Of a stretch of DNA of 64,000 nucleotides, positions 25,043 to 33,766 are shown in pieces. Source of the stretch: Patescibacteria group bacterium. GTDB taxonomy: Bacteria > Patescibacteriota > Minisyncoccia > Phycocordibacterales > PALSA-1337. Position 1 is the first letter of the stretch, and every line of letters starts with the position of its first letter. Made by a program: the position numbers and the translations under genes. The stretch covers positions 70,042 to 134,041 of the forward strand of contig JBBTRB010000004.1 of the NCBI GenBank assembly GCA_038065395.1, in the 5' to 3' direction. The notes under the pieces are model-generated. The model was not told the origin of the DNA and made no database searches. It worked only from the letters and a program-made list of their open reading frames with translations.

Positions 25043-26056
25043 GTGCGGTACCATAGTAGTATGTCCGTTCCACAAAGGAATATTCTCGTCTTTCTCTTTT
25101 TCTGTATGGGCTTTGCTTCGTCTGCGGTAGGGTTGAGAGCCTATGAACTCCATCGACAGGATGTTGCGTTGGCTGCATTGACAGCTGTTCAAGATGCGCG
25201 ATTGCGTCAGGCGATCGAGATAGCGAAGTCTTCTTTGTCGATACCCGCAGATCCTTTGTCGACAGATACAACTCCGGAAAAAACAGGAGAGGCTCAGGTA
25301 CCAGCAAAACCAAGAGGCTTACCTGGCGTGACTGCCCAGGCCTATATCGTCGGTAACGTAGAGACAGGGGAGATCTATCTTTCGTACAACTCTCAACAAG
25401 CACTACCAGTCGCCTCGATGTCCAAGCTCGTCACAGCATTCGTGGCTACACGAGAGTTGCCGTTGGACAAAGTCATCGAGATCGACAAAGACGCCGCTGA
25501 TGCACCACCTGACAAGAGTTTGCTCAAAGTAGGTGAACTCTTTACTGTCTCAGAACTGATGAAGCCGCTTCTTCTGAGTTCTTCCAATGTGGCCGCCGAG
25601 GCACTCGTCTCCAAGATCGACCGCAACGGCTTCTTGGAACTCATGAGTAGTTATGCCTGGGAGATCGGTATGCCGTCGACATTCTTCGCAGATCCTTCGG
25701 GAGTAAGTCCGCTCAATGTAGCCTCGGCCAAAGATCTCTTTGCTCTCGCACAATATCTCCATGGTTCACGTCCAGATATTCTGGCTCTGACTCGTGATGC
25801 ATATGTTGCAATAGCCACAACCACAGAACATGGATCTCATGAGGTCACGAGCACTCATCCGTTCGTGAAAGATCCACGGTTCATCGGGGGCAAGACGGGC
25901 AGGACTCCTCAGGCTGGTGATACGATGCTGACTATCCTCGAGTTGGGGGGTCAACCGGTTGCTATTGTTGTTCTTGGTTCGCGCTACGAAGGTCGTGCAG
26001 AAGACACTCGACTGCTCGCAGTAAAAGCAGAGGAGTTGATGCAGAAAGAAAGGTAA
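25043..26056 (+). CDS. dacA: D-alanyl-D-alanine carboxypeptidase (S11 peptidase, PBP5/6-like)
   Basis: SxxK (ASMSKLV), SxN (LLLSSSNVA) and KTG (GGKTGRT) motifs. Signal peptide. Confidence 0.8.
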   Translation: MRYHSSMSVPQRNILVFLFFCMGFASSAVGLRAYELHRQDVALAALTAVQDARLRQAIEIAKSSLSIPADPLSTDTTPEKTGEAQVPAKPRGLPGVTAQAYIVGNVETGEIYLSYNSQQALPVASMSKLVTAFVATRELPLDKVIEIDKDAADAPPDKSLLKVGELFTVSELMKPLLLSSSNVAAEALVSKIDRNGFLELMSSYAWEIGMPSTFFADPSGVSPLNVASAKDLFALAQYLHGSRPDILALTRDAYVAIATTTEHGSHEVTSTHPFVKDPRFIGGKTGRTPQAGDTMLTILELGGQPVAIVVLGSRYEGRAEDTRLLAVKAEELMQKER

Positions 26057-26067
26057 AAACATAACTA

Positions 26068-26174
26068 CTTGTAAAAATCTGTGCGGACAGGACACGGATA
26101 TTTTTCTGCTGAAAAATTCCTAGTGCTCGCGCCAGTCGCGCTCGCAATGTCCTGTCCGCACAGATTTTTACAAG
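26068..26174. repeat. Perfect 26-bp inverted repeat (cttgtaaaaatctgtgcggacaggac) flanking a 55-nt spacer
   Basis: Positions 26068-26093 are the exact reverse complement of 26149-26174. The element lies between the convergent dacA and PMM genes. Confidence 0.7.
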
Positions 26175-26196
26175 CAGTTTCGCCTTGGGACAAGCT

Positions 26197-26952
26197 CTAA
26201 GAGATAAGCCAGGTGCGGATAAGTCGTTTCGTCTCTTCGGGACCGGCCACTTGGATACAGTCAACGCCGATGGCTTTGGCAGGGTAGTCGTTGCCTCCAT
26301 GGTAGAGCGCATCACCTACGAAGAGCATGCGATGAATGGGAGTTGCGAGGTGTGTTTCGAGTTTGCGTATGCCGTAGGCCTTGTTGACTCCGCGTCTGGT
26401 GATGTCGATAGATGTGGTGCCACCGAGACGAATATCGAATTCAGGGATCTTATCTTTGAGGATAGTTACGATCTTCTCACGTTTGCTACGGTCCGAGTCC
26501 CAAGCTTCTTTGGCCTCAAGTGGTGCTTCTTGGCCGAGTGCAGAGAAGGTCACTTGTGATCCGCGGTCTTCGATGATCTCACCATATGTTTTGGTAGGCT
26601 TCTGGTATCCACCACGGCGCAAAGCGTCTTGTAGTGCGCTATGGATCTTGTCTTTCTCTGGGGTCGAGAGTTGCTCGGAATATTCTTCATGCCAGGAACC
26701 TTTCCAGGTCAGCATACGTGTACCAGATGTTGGTAACAAGAAGAGATTATCGAAGCCTTCGGCTGTATGGGGCAAGGTGCGGAGAAGTTGTGTTTCGAAC
26801 TGAGGATATCCACCACCAGAGATGATCGCGACTTTCTTCTTCTGGATAAGGCGCACCAGAAGTTCGCTCATCTCGGTATCCATGGTTGACTTGCTCGGGG
26901 CAAGCGTGCCATCGAGGTCGAATATTACAAGAGTTTTGGTTGAGAAATCCAT
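26197..26952 (-). CDS. Eukaryotic-type phosphomannomutase (HAD superfamily, PMM family)
   Basis: LVIFDLDGTLAPSKSTMDTEMSELLVRLIQKKKVAIISGGGYPQFETQL aligns closely with human PMM2 ([49 protein letters not shown]). The C-terminal FVGDALYHGGND matches FFGDKTMPGGND. Confidence 0.8.
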   Translation of the reverse strand: MDFSTKTLVIFDLDGTLAPSKSTMDTEMSELLVRLIQKKKVAIISGGGYPQFETQLLRTLPHTAEGFDNLFLLPTSGTRMLTWKGSWHEEYSEQLSTPEKDKIHSALQDALRRGGYQKPTKTYGEIIEDRGSQVTFSALGQEAPLEAKEAWDSDRSKREKIVTILKDKIPEFDIRLGGTTSIDITRRGVNKAYGIRKLETHLATPIHRMLFVGDALYHGGNDYPAKAIGVDCIQVAGPEETKRLIRTWLIS

Positions 26953-26959
26953 GATGAAG

Positions 26960-28534
26960 TTACGCAGTGATTATCGGTAATGAGAATGAGAAGGTGCTAC
27001 CGGTGCCGAGTCCCGCGGACTCCACCCATATCTTGCCTTTGTGATGCTCGATGATCTCCTTGGACATGAAAAGTCCGATACCCATACCCTCAGTGTCGGT
27101 GACTTTGGCTTTGGTGCCGCGATAGAATTTGGAGAAAAGAAGAGGGACTTCTTCTGCAGGGATGCCAATGCCTGAATCAGTGACAGAACAGACGATATGA
27201 CCAGCTTCTTTTTTCAAGGAAATACGTACTGTTCCACCTGAGGCTGTGTAGTTGATAGCATTCTCTACGAGTGTCTGGATAACAAAGCGGATACGGTGCT
27301 CATCGAACACGCTGGTGATGTTCGGTTCGATGTTCTTGCTAAGCGTAATATGTTTGGCGATGGATTCTTGGATGAGTGACTGTGCAAGTGTCTCGGCGAT
27401 CTCAGATATGGAATTCGTCTTGAGCCTATAGTCCTCAGTTCCTTTTTCTTCCTCGGATACATTAACAAGCAAGTTGGTAAGCTCTACCAGTTTGCTGTTG
27501 GCGTTCTGAATATACTCGACTTGGGTTTTGTCTTCTGCGGGTAGATTTCGATTGGAGAGATTCTCCGAAGCCCATTTGATATGAGTGAGCGGTGTACGGA
27601 ATTTGTGAGTGACGGTCGTGATGAACTCGTATTTGAGGATGTCGGTTTTGCGGAGATTCCTCCAGGCGAGTACTCCGATCGTTACAACGAGTACTGATGA
27701 TATGAGCGCGATGATCCATCCAGGGAAGTTGGGTATGAGCAATCGGATCCATTGTTGTGACGAGTTCAGCAAGATGATGAATCCGCCAACTCCGACGATC
27801 GCGAGACTGTAGAAGAATGCTTGTTTTGCGATAACTTTGATATCGAAGAGCTCATAGCGGATAGCTCCATAGGTGAATACGGTCGCGAAGACCATTGAGA
27901 ACGCCATGCCCCAGAGAGGGTCGATAGCGATATCATATACCAAGAAGTTCGGAATAAAGCCGATCGCATAGCCGATGAGCATGGTCAAAAAGAGATATGT
28001 GTAACGCTTACTGTCGATCGGAGTCGAAGCGGTCTTACGGGCACCGTAAAGAATATAGAGACAATACGGAACGACGAGGCCGTAGAGAAATATGATGCGT
28101 GAAATATTGAGTATTCCTGGCTCATAGTAGTTGGGGAAATACATTTTCGGAACAGAATCAATCAAGAAAAGCTGAGGGAAGAATGAGAAAAATATCACTG
28201 CACCTGAGGCGATTGCGTAGCTTGTATATATCAACCATTTTTTCTTGTCGGCGAGTCCGCAGAATGCCAGTACTGAATGGAGGTTGAATGCGGCAATGAA
28301 GAACAGAGATACATTGAAGGTCAGTACGATCCGGGATATGGCTGGATTGTCTATGTTGACTCCGATGACATGAGATATGGTGAATACGGTGATCGCAAGC
28401 ATCATCAGACTCCACGCAACATTGGCTGTCTTGTGTCTGCCGTTGAGGAAGGTGAAGAACGCCATAGCGAACAGGGTGATGGTCGATATGATGCAAACGA
28501 TATTATGGATGATGAGATGAAGAGAAGAGTTCAT
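26960..28534 (-). CDS. Sensor histidine kinase with N-terminal multi-TM sensor, paralog 2
   Basis: H-box HKFRTPLTHIKWASENL and HATPase_c motifs. The architecture and TM region are similar to the kinase at 10286-11869. No adjacent response regulator. Confidence 0.8.
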   Translation of the reverse strand: MNSSLHLIIHNIVCIISTITLFAMAFFTFLNGRHKTANVAWSLMMLAITVFTISHVIGVNIDNPAISRIVLTFNVSLFFIAAFNLHSVLAFCGLADKKKWLIYTSYAIASGAVIFFSFFPQLFLIDSVPKMYFPNYYEPGILNISRIIFLYGLVVPYCLYILYGARKTASTPIDSKRYTYLFLTMLIGYAIGFIPNFLVYDIAIDPLWGMAFSMVFATVFTYGAIRYELFDIKVIAKQAFFYSLAIVGVGGFIILLNSSQQWIRLLIPNFPGWIIALISSVLVVTIGVLAWRNLRKTDILKYEFITTVTHKFRTPLTHIKWASENLSNRNLPAEDKTQVEYIQNANSKLVELTNLLVNVSEEEKGTEDYRLKTNSISEIAETLAQSLIQESIAKHITLSKNIEPNITSVFDEHRIRFVIQTLVENAINYTASGGTVRISLKKEAGHIVCSVTDSGIGIPAEEVPLLFSKFYRGTKAKVTDTEGMGIGLFMSKEIIEHHKGKIWVESAGLGTGSTFSFSLPIITA

Positions 28535-28543
28535 GGTGAGAGG

Positions 28544-30424
28544 TTATGTCTTGAGCATGTCGAGCAACGTGTCCATGCGGATAGTTGCAACACCGACGAC
28601 GCTGTCTCCGCCACCATAATATATGTAGGCAGTACCACCACGGACGACCATGCCGCAAGGGAAGACGACATTGGGTACGATGCCTTTGCGCTCGTATTCT
28701 TCTTTGGGTTCAAAGAGGGGGATAGCCGTACGTGCGATCACTACAGTGGGATCTTTGAGGTCGAGCAGCACAGCTCCTACGCGATAGGTCGTGCTCCAGG
28801 ATACACCATGATAGAGCAGGAGCCAGCCGGCCTTGGTCTTGATCGGAGGACTAGCGATACCGACCTTGCCGCCATCCCACATGCCTCTGCGAGGTGCGAT
28901 GATCTCGATGCATTGGTTGATGCGTTCTTTGATGAAGTCGAGCGAAGAGACAAAGTCAGCGCAAATACTTTCATTCACTCGATGGAAGATCAGATATTTG
29001 CCATTAATCGGTTCGGGAAGGATGGCTGAGTCCTTGTTGACGACACCCGGAGGAGTGATCACCTGAGGCATAGACCAGCCGCTCCATTTCCGGGCAAGAA
29101 AATCTTTCGTGGAGATCGAACTCACGGCTACTCGTGGGGTGGTGCCATCGTAGCCGGTGTAGGTTATGTAGACGTGGTCGCCGATAATGCCAAGACGTGG
29201 ATCTTCGCAGCCATGTTTTTCGAAATCTGCACGGGGGAAATAAACGGGCTTGTCGAGGCGTTCGTCGATCGAGAATCCGTCGCTACTCGTGGCATATCCT
29301 ATGGTCGATACATTGTCTTTGGAGCAAGCGCGATAGAGGATATGAGTTTTGTTGCCGAGGTCGATCGCCGCTGGGTTGATCGTGCCACCTTCTTCCCAGA
29401 GCATGCCAGGGCGCGGGGTGATGATCGGGTTGCCGGGAAACCGTTTGATATGAGCGTGAGGTTTGTCGATGATGCTCTCGAGAAGATTGTCGAGTGGGAT
29501 GGTCGCTATGGCACAATGGGTATCAGCGGCGCCATAGTGTATCTCGAGGTTCTCTCCGCGAATGAGTGCCCCTGACGGGAAGGTGATATGAGGTACGAGG
29601 CCGGTATGTTCGTAGTAGGTATCTGGCACCATGAAAGGTCCTTTGGTACGGCCGATGATCTTGCGAGGATTCTTGAGGTCAAGAAGGACAACTTCGATAC
29701 CAAAAGCCACATCAGGACGGTCGTAGCGTTGCATATGAGAGTATACCACCAGCCAACCTTTGTCGGTCTTGAGCGGTGGTGCACCGAGCTCGAGATGGTC
29801 ACTGTCGAGTCTGCGGATATGGAGCTTGTGACCGTCGATGTTCTTGTACCATTCATCCCAATATTCCTTGGACCAAAGCTGTTCTAGAGTATCGAACTCG
29901 GCATAACAGATCTCGGCAGGGCGATGGTCAGGGTTGACTGTCAGGAGTGCTGCGTATTTGCCTCCGATCTTGTTCGGAAAAAGCGCCATAGCTTTTGCAT
30001 TGAAAGGGGTGACAAGATGTTTCTCGTCGACCGTTTTGAGATCTTTGGAAAGAGCAACAGCTACTTTGACGTTGTCAGCAGAGAAAGGGAATCCGCCAAG
30101 TCCAGTATAGAAAATATAATATGTCCCCTCGATCTTGGTGATACGAGGATCTTCACATCCGTAGCGGTCATAGTCAGTGCTCGGTTCGATGAGCACTGCT
30201 CGGTCGGTAAAATTGATACCGTCAGTGGATACAGCGTGGCCGATGACTGACATGCGGATATGAGGCTCCTTGAGGAGTTGTGGTTCTGACATCGCACGAT
30301 AGACGAGATGGGTTTTCTTGCCCTGCACGATCGGGCACCCATTGAACGCCGCCGCCGCCTCCCATGGGTGACTTTTGAGAGGAGAGAGGATTGGGTTGTG
30401 TTCTGAACGGTTGAGAGTGAACAT
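28544..30424 (-). CDS. Tandem-duplicated GH130-family glycoside phosphorylase (two beta-mannoside phosphorylase-like domains)
   Basis: Two GH130/DUF377-like halves (HNPILSP...HLVYRAMS... and NPIITPRPG...HILYRACS...), each with repeated beta-propeller blades. The single-domain paralog 30435-31553 is conserved Asp-rich. Confidence 0.7.
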   Translation of the reverse strand: MFTLNRSEHNPILSPLKSHPWEAAAAFNGCPIVQGKKTHLVYRAMSEPQLLKEPHIRMSVIGHAVSTDGINFTDRAVLIEPSTDYDRYGCEDPRITKIEGTYYIFYTGLGGFPFSADNVKVAVALSKDLKTVDEKHLVTPFNAKAMALFPNKIGGKYAALLTVNPDHRPAEICYAEFDTLEQLWSKEYWDEWYKNIDGHKLHIRRLDSDHLELGAPPLKTDKGWLVVYSHMQRYDRPDVAFGIEVVLLDLKNPRKIIGRTKGPFMVPDTYYEHTGLVPHITFPSGALIRGENLEIHYGAADTHCAIATIPLDNLLESIIDKPHAHIKRFPGNPIITPRPGMLWEEGGTINPAAIDLGNKTHILYRACSKDNVSTIGYATSSDGFSIDERLDKPVYFPRADFEKHGCEDPRLGIIGDHVYITYTGYDGTTPRVAVSSISTKDFLARKWSGWSMPQVITPPGVVNKDSAILPEPINGKYLIFHRVNESICADFVSSLDFIKERINQCIEIIAPRRGMWDGGKVGIASPPIKTKAGWLLLYHGVSWSTTYRVGAVLLDLKDPTVVIARTAIPLFEPKEEYERKGIVPNVVFPCGMVVRGGTAYIYYGGGDSVVGVATIRMDTLLDMLKT

Positions 30425-30434
30425 GAAATTAAAG

Positions 30435-31553
30435 TTATACTTTGCCGTATTTCATCAACCACGTTAATAACGCATCGACATTCGTCTGGGCTACACAGGC
30501 ATGCTTGTCACCACCGCCATAGTAGACGGTCAGTGTGCCATCCTTGATCAGAGCTCCGCAGGCATAGACGACTCCTGGTTTCCAGTCATTCTCATAATGT
30601 GCGCATGGTGAGAGGATCGGTGCAGGAGAGCGATAGAGTATCTTGGTCGGATCTTCGAGATCGAGGATCATCGCACCGACGTTGTAGCCACCTTTGTATA
30701 TGGCATGATAGAGAACGAGCCAGCCTTTGTCGGTTCGCAGTGGTGCTGCACCGGCACCCTTCATGACTTTGTCCCAATGATCCTCTCGTCCAGGGTCATG
30801 CGCGCCGTATCCTCCATGATCGCGAGAACTCTGGATCGGCGGTACTGCATCGAGACTGTCGACATAGGCCACCAGCACTTTGGGTGCCACACTATGAAGG
30901 ATGGCGTATTTGCCACGGATCTTCTCGGGGAAGATCACCCAGTTTTTCGCACGAGCCTTCGCTGGGGAGATGAGTGCAGTGCGTCGCCAGTTCCAACGAC
31001 GCTTCTTGATATTCTCGAGAGAGATAGACGTCAGAGCGATACGCATATCATTCCAGCCTTCGAAAGCGGTGTATGTCATATAGACTTTGTCACCGATTCT
31101 TGTGGCGCGAGGATCTTCTGCGCCGCCCCAGCCACCACCAGACGGGTTGAGCGCACTATGTCTCCTGTGTTCGTCGGTCACCGAAGTCGGCTCCGGCATG
31201 CCGTATCCTGGTAGGGGTACATAGACAGGGTAAGGGGACAGTTCGTCGATGTGTGTGCCATCAGAAGAGAAGGCGTGACAAATGCGTGATATGCCATCAG
31301 ACCCGATAGCACGATAGAAGAGATGCACGCCCCCATCGTCATCCTCGATAGCTGTAGGGTTGAAGGTTCCTTGAGATTCCCATTCGCGATGGCCTTGTGG
31401 ACTGATGACAGGATTGGCATGATGACGTTCGAGCTCGTGCTTCCAGTACGTCGCTGATCCGCGCTTCCTCGAGCTCCACCAGGTATATATGATTGCACCA
31501 ATGATGGCGATGCTCGCAAATATGATGACAAATGTATTGAGGGAATAGTCCAT
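30435..31553 (-). CDS. GH130-family glycoside phosphorylase with N-terminal TM anchor
   Basis: N-terminal TM helix, then ANPVISP...GTFNPTAIEDDDGGVHLFYRAIG, typical of the GH130 beta-propeller. Confidence 0.7.
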   Translation of the reverse strand: MDYSLNTFVIIFASIAIIGAIIYTWWSSRKRGSATYWKHELERHHANPVISPQGHREWESQGTFNPTAIEDDDGGVHLFYRAIGSDGISRICHAFSSDGTHIDELSPYPVYVPLPGYGMPEPTSVTDEHRRHSALNPSGGGWGGAEDPRATRIGDKVYMTYTAFEGWNDMRIALTSISLENIKKRRWNWRRTALISPAKARAKNWVIFPEKIRGKYAILHSVAPKVLVAYVDSLDAVPPIQSSRDHGGYGAHDPGREDHWDKVMKGAGAAPLRTDKGWLVLYHAIYKGGYNVGAMILDLEDPTKILYRSPAPILSPCAHYENDWKPGVVYACGALIKDGTLTVYYGGGDKHACVAQTNVDALLTWLMKYGKV

Positions 31554-31571
31554 GGGTACGTTACATATATA

Positions 31572-31928
31572 TTATGACGATGCGGTTCGCCCATACCTGT
31601 CTTCGAGGCGAGTGATATCTTTTTCATCAAAGGTGCCAAATGATATTTCGAGAAATACGACTGGAGTATCACCAGCCTGGATGCGATGCGCTGTTTCTCG
31701 GGGTACGAAATAGTCACCAGTTACGATCGGACGTGATGTGTCGCCGATAATGACCGTGCCAGTACCAGAGAGAATGTGCCAGAATTCATCGCGGTTATGG
31801 TGAGTCTGAAGACTAAAAGCCTCACCTGGGTTTACAGTGATGATCTTGATAGTCGAAGGTACGTTACACGTATATTCTATGAAGTCTCCCCACGGTTTTT
31901 TTTCTTGAAATGGTTTCGGAGGTTGCAT
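31572..31928 (-). CDS. Cupin-type mannose-6-phosphate isomerase-like protein (COG0662-like)
   Basis: PWG.F.....IK.ITV.PG...SLQ.H..R.E.W.ILSG.G.V..GD......GDYF.VP....HRI.AGDTP..FLEI fits the small PMI cupin pattern. Confidence 0.6.
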   Translation of the reverse strand: MQPPKPFQEKKPWGDFIEYTCNVPSTIKIITVNPGEAFSLQTHHNRDEFWHILSGTGTVIIGDTSRPIVTGDYFVPRETAHRIQAGDTPVVFLEISFGTFDEKDITRLEDRYGRTASS

Positions 31929-32939
31929 GGAGGCAGTGCCTCAATTATATGATGGAAAGGGGTTCTTTTGCTTGTGCATAACTATTAAAGATGAATCTAA
32001 TATATAATTAGAGAAGGAATGATAATTTAGATAACTATCTTAGTGAGATAAATGAATCCTTAAAAGGGATCGTCACTTTTCTATTTTTGTTGGCGGCGGT
32101 CGTATTTGTAGCAGTACGGCATTTTTGGTAAAAATATAGCGTATTATTTAATATGAAGAATATGTACAATATTTCAAAAGGGCAATTAGTAACAGTGTGG
32201 GTTTTTGCGGTATTTATATTTTTCTGGGCAATGAATGAAAATGAATACTCTTCTAATTCATTCTACGCATTCTTTGGATTAACCATTCCTTTTGTGGTTA
32301 TTTTTTACACTGTTGGTTGGAGGAATAATAAAAACAAAAAATAGATAGAGGTGTTGCATTTTTTGTTGTAGTTAAATGGGCATTTCGGGCAGTTTTCAAA
32401 ACGCCCTTGAGATATTACATGGGTGTGTATATTTATGATTGACAATCAAGAAAATGCGCGCGACAATAGTCTTGTCATTAGGAAAGTTTACCATCGAAGT
32501 AGACGGACTTAATGAGCCCCGCAGGGGTTCTTTATAAGTATAAGTCATATTATTATGGCAAATATTTTGAAGACTCCTTCTCTTAATAACCAGATCATAT
32601 AGCGAGACAGTTGTATCAAAGCAAGGCAACTGGAAGAAGTGTGATCAAGTTTCAGGCTCAAGGGGTTAAGTGCACTTAGTGTACAAAATGTTATGTTTGG
32701 CATGAGTTAGTTATGGATATGTAAAGGACCTGCCAGGTCTTCCTACCTTGTGAACACTTTGATGTTTATGTATGGTGAGGACGATCCAATATTAAGGGAG
32801 CTGGACATAAAGGCTAAAACACACCATGGCTGGTGTGTTTTTGTTTGATGTTGGTTTTTATAAAAAGGGGTGTACAATCCCTGCTCGAGCAGTAATATTA
32901 TATCACGTAATTAATTTTGTTATCCACAGAAAAATATTT
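31929..32939. other. AT-rich, essentially ORF-free 1-kb region (only a 63-aa TM ORF at 32153-32344)
   Basis: Marked drop in GC relative to the flanks. No ORF above 76 aa. Contains the zupT terminator at 32819-32845. Confidence 0.5.
32819..32845 (-). terminator. Rho-independent terminator of the ZIP transporter gene (acacacca-loop-tggtgtgt + T-run)
   Basis: Read on the minus strand it is acacaccagccatggtgtgtTTTT, about 95 nt after the zupT stop. Confidence 0.6.
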
Positions 32940-33707
32940 CTAATGCGCCAGACTTACCAAATATCCGATAGAAACGAGTCCGAGGAGGAAGAAAAAGAGG
33001 ATAGAATAGAGTGCTTTGTGTCCGGCACGATGATGGATCTCGGGGATGAGATCTGATGCGGCGATGTAGAGGAATACACCCGCAGTACCTGCCAAGAGAT
33101 AGGGGAGAGAAGGTTGGAACAGTCCGACCGCGAGATAGCCGACCAATGCACCGACTATCGTCAGGAGTGATGACAATATGTTGATCAGGAAGATCTTGCC
33201 TTTTGACCAGCCTTGGTCGAGAAGGATCGCAAAGTCGCCGATCTCCTGGGGGATTTCGTGAGCGGCGATCGCAAGGGCAGTAGGGAGGCCGAGGAGCGGG
33301 TTCGCCACAAAGGCAAGACCGATCACGATACCATCGAGGAAGTTATGGAATGTATCGCCGATCACGACCAGTACAGGGAGCGACTCCGTATGGTCGTCGT
33401 GAGCCTTCTTTTCATGGGAATGCTTCATATAACGCATCAGTGTTCTCTCTAATGCAAAAAAGAGGAAGAATCCGACCACTGCCGCGATGAATACCGGATG
33501 AGGTTCCTCGACCATTTCGACCGCTTCGGGGAGGAGATCCAAGAAACTCACCCCTAGGAATGCTCCGGCACCGAAGGTGATCAAAGGGTTGATGAACTTC
33601 ATCACCTGAGCGCTCCGCCAGATGACGAGTGCACCGCCGAGCAGAGAGAACAGTCCAGCGAGGAGGCTATAGAGAATAAGAGAAAGCATTGCCGTATAAC
33701 ATACCAC
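32940..33707 (-). CDS. zupT: ZIP-family divalent metal (zinc) transporter, ZupT-like
   Basis: HEIPQEIGDFAILL signature, eight TM helices and a His-rich loop. Confidence 0.8.
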   Translation of the reverse strand: MVCYTAMLSLILYSLLAGLFSLLGGALVIWRSAQVMKFINPLITFGAGAFLGVSFLDLLPEAVEMVEEPHPVFIAAVVGFFLFFALERTLMRYMKHSHEKKAHDDHTESLPVLVVIGDTFHNFLDGIVIGLAFVANPLLGLPTALAIAAHEIPQEIGDFAILLDQGWSKGKIFLINILSSLLTIVGALVGYLAVGLFQPSLPYLLAGTAGVFLYIAASDLIPEIHHRAGHKALYSILFFFLLGLVSIGYLVSLAH

Positions 33708-33766
33708 AGATATTGGACTTATGGTAGGCCTAGGTCTACCCTAGGCTTACATGTTATAGTCAGCAG

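Noticed and set aside
32826-33056. 76-aa plus-strand ORF (MAGVFLFDVG...)
   Set aside because: Its start codon lies inside the terminator hairpin, and its body overlaps the 3' end of the ZIP transporter gene on the other strand. It is most likely spurious.
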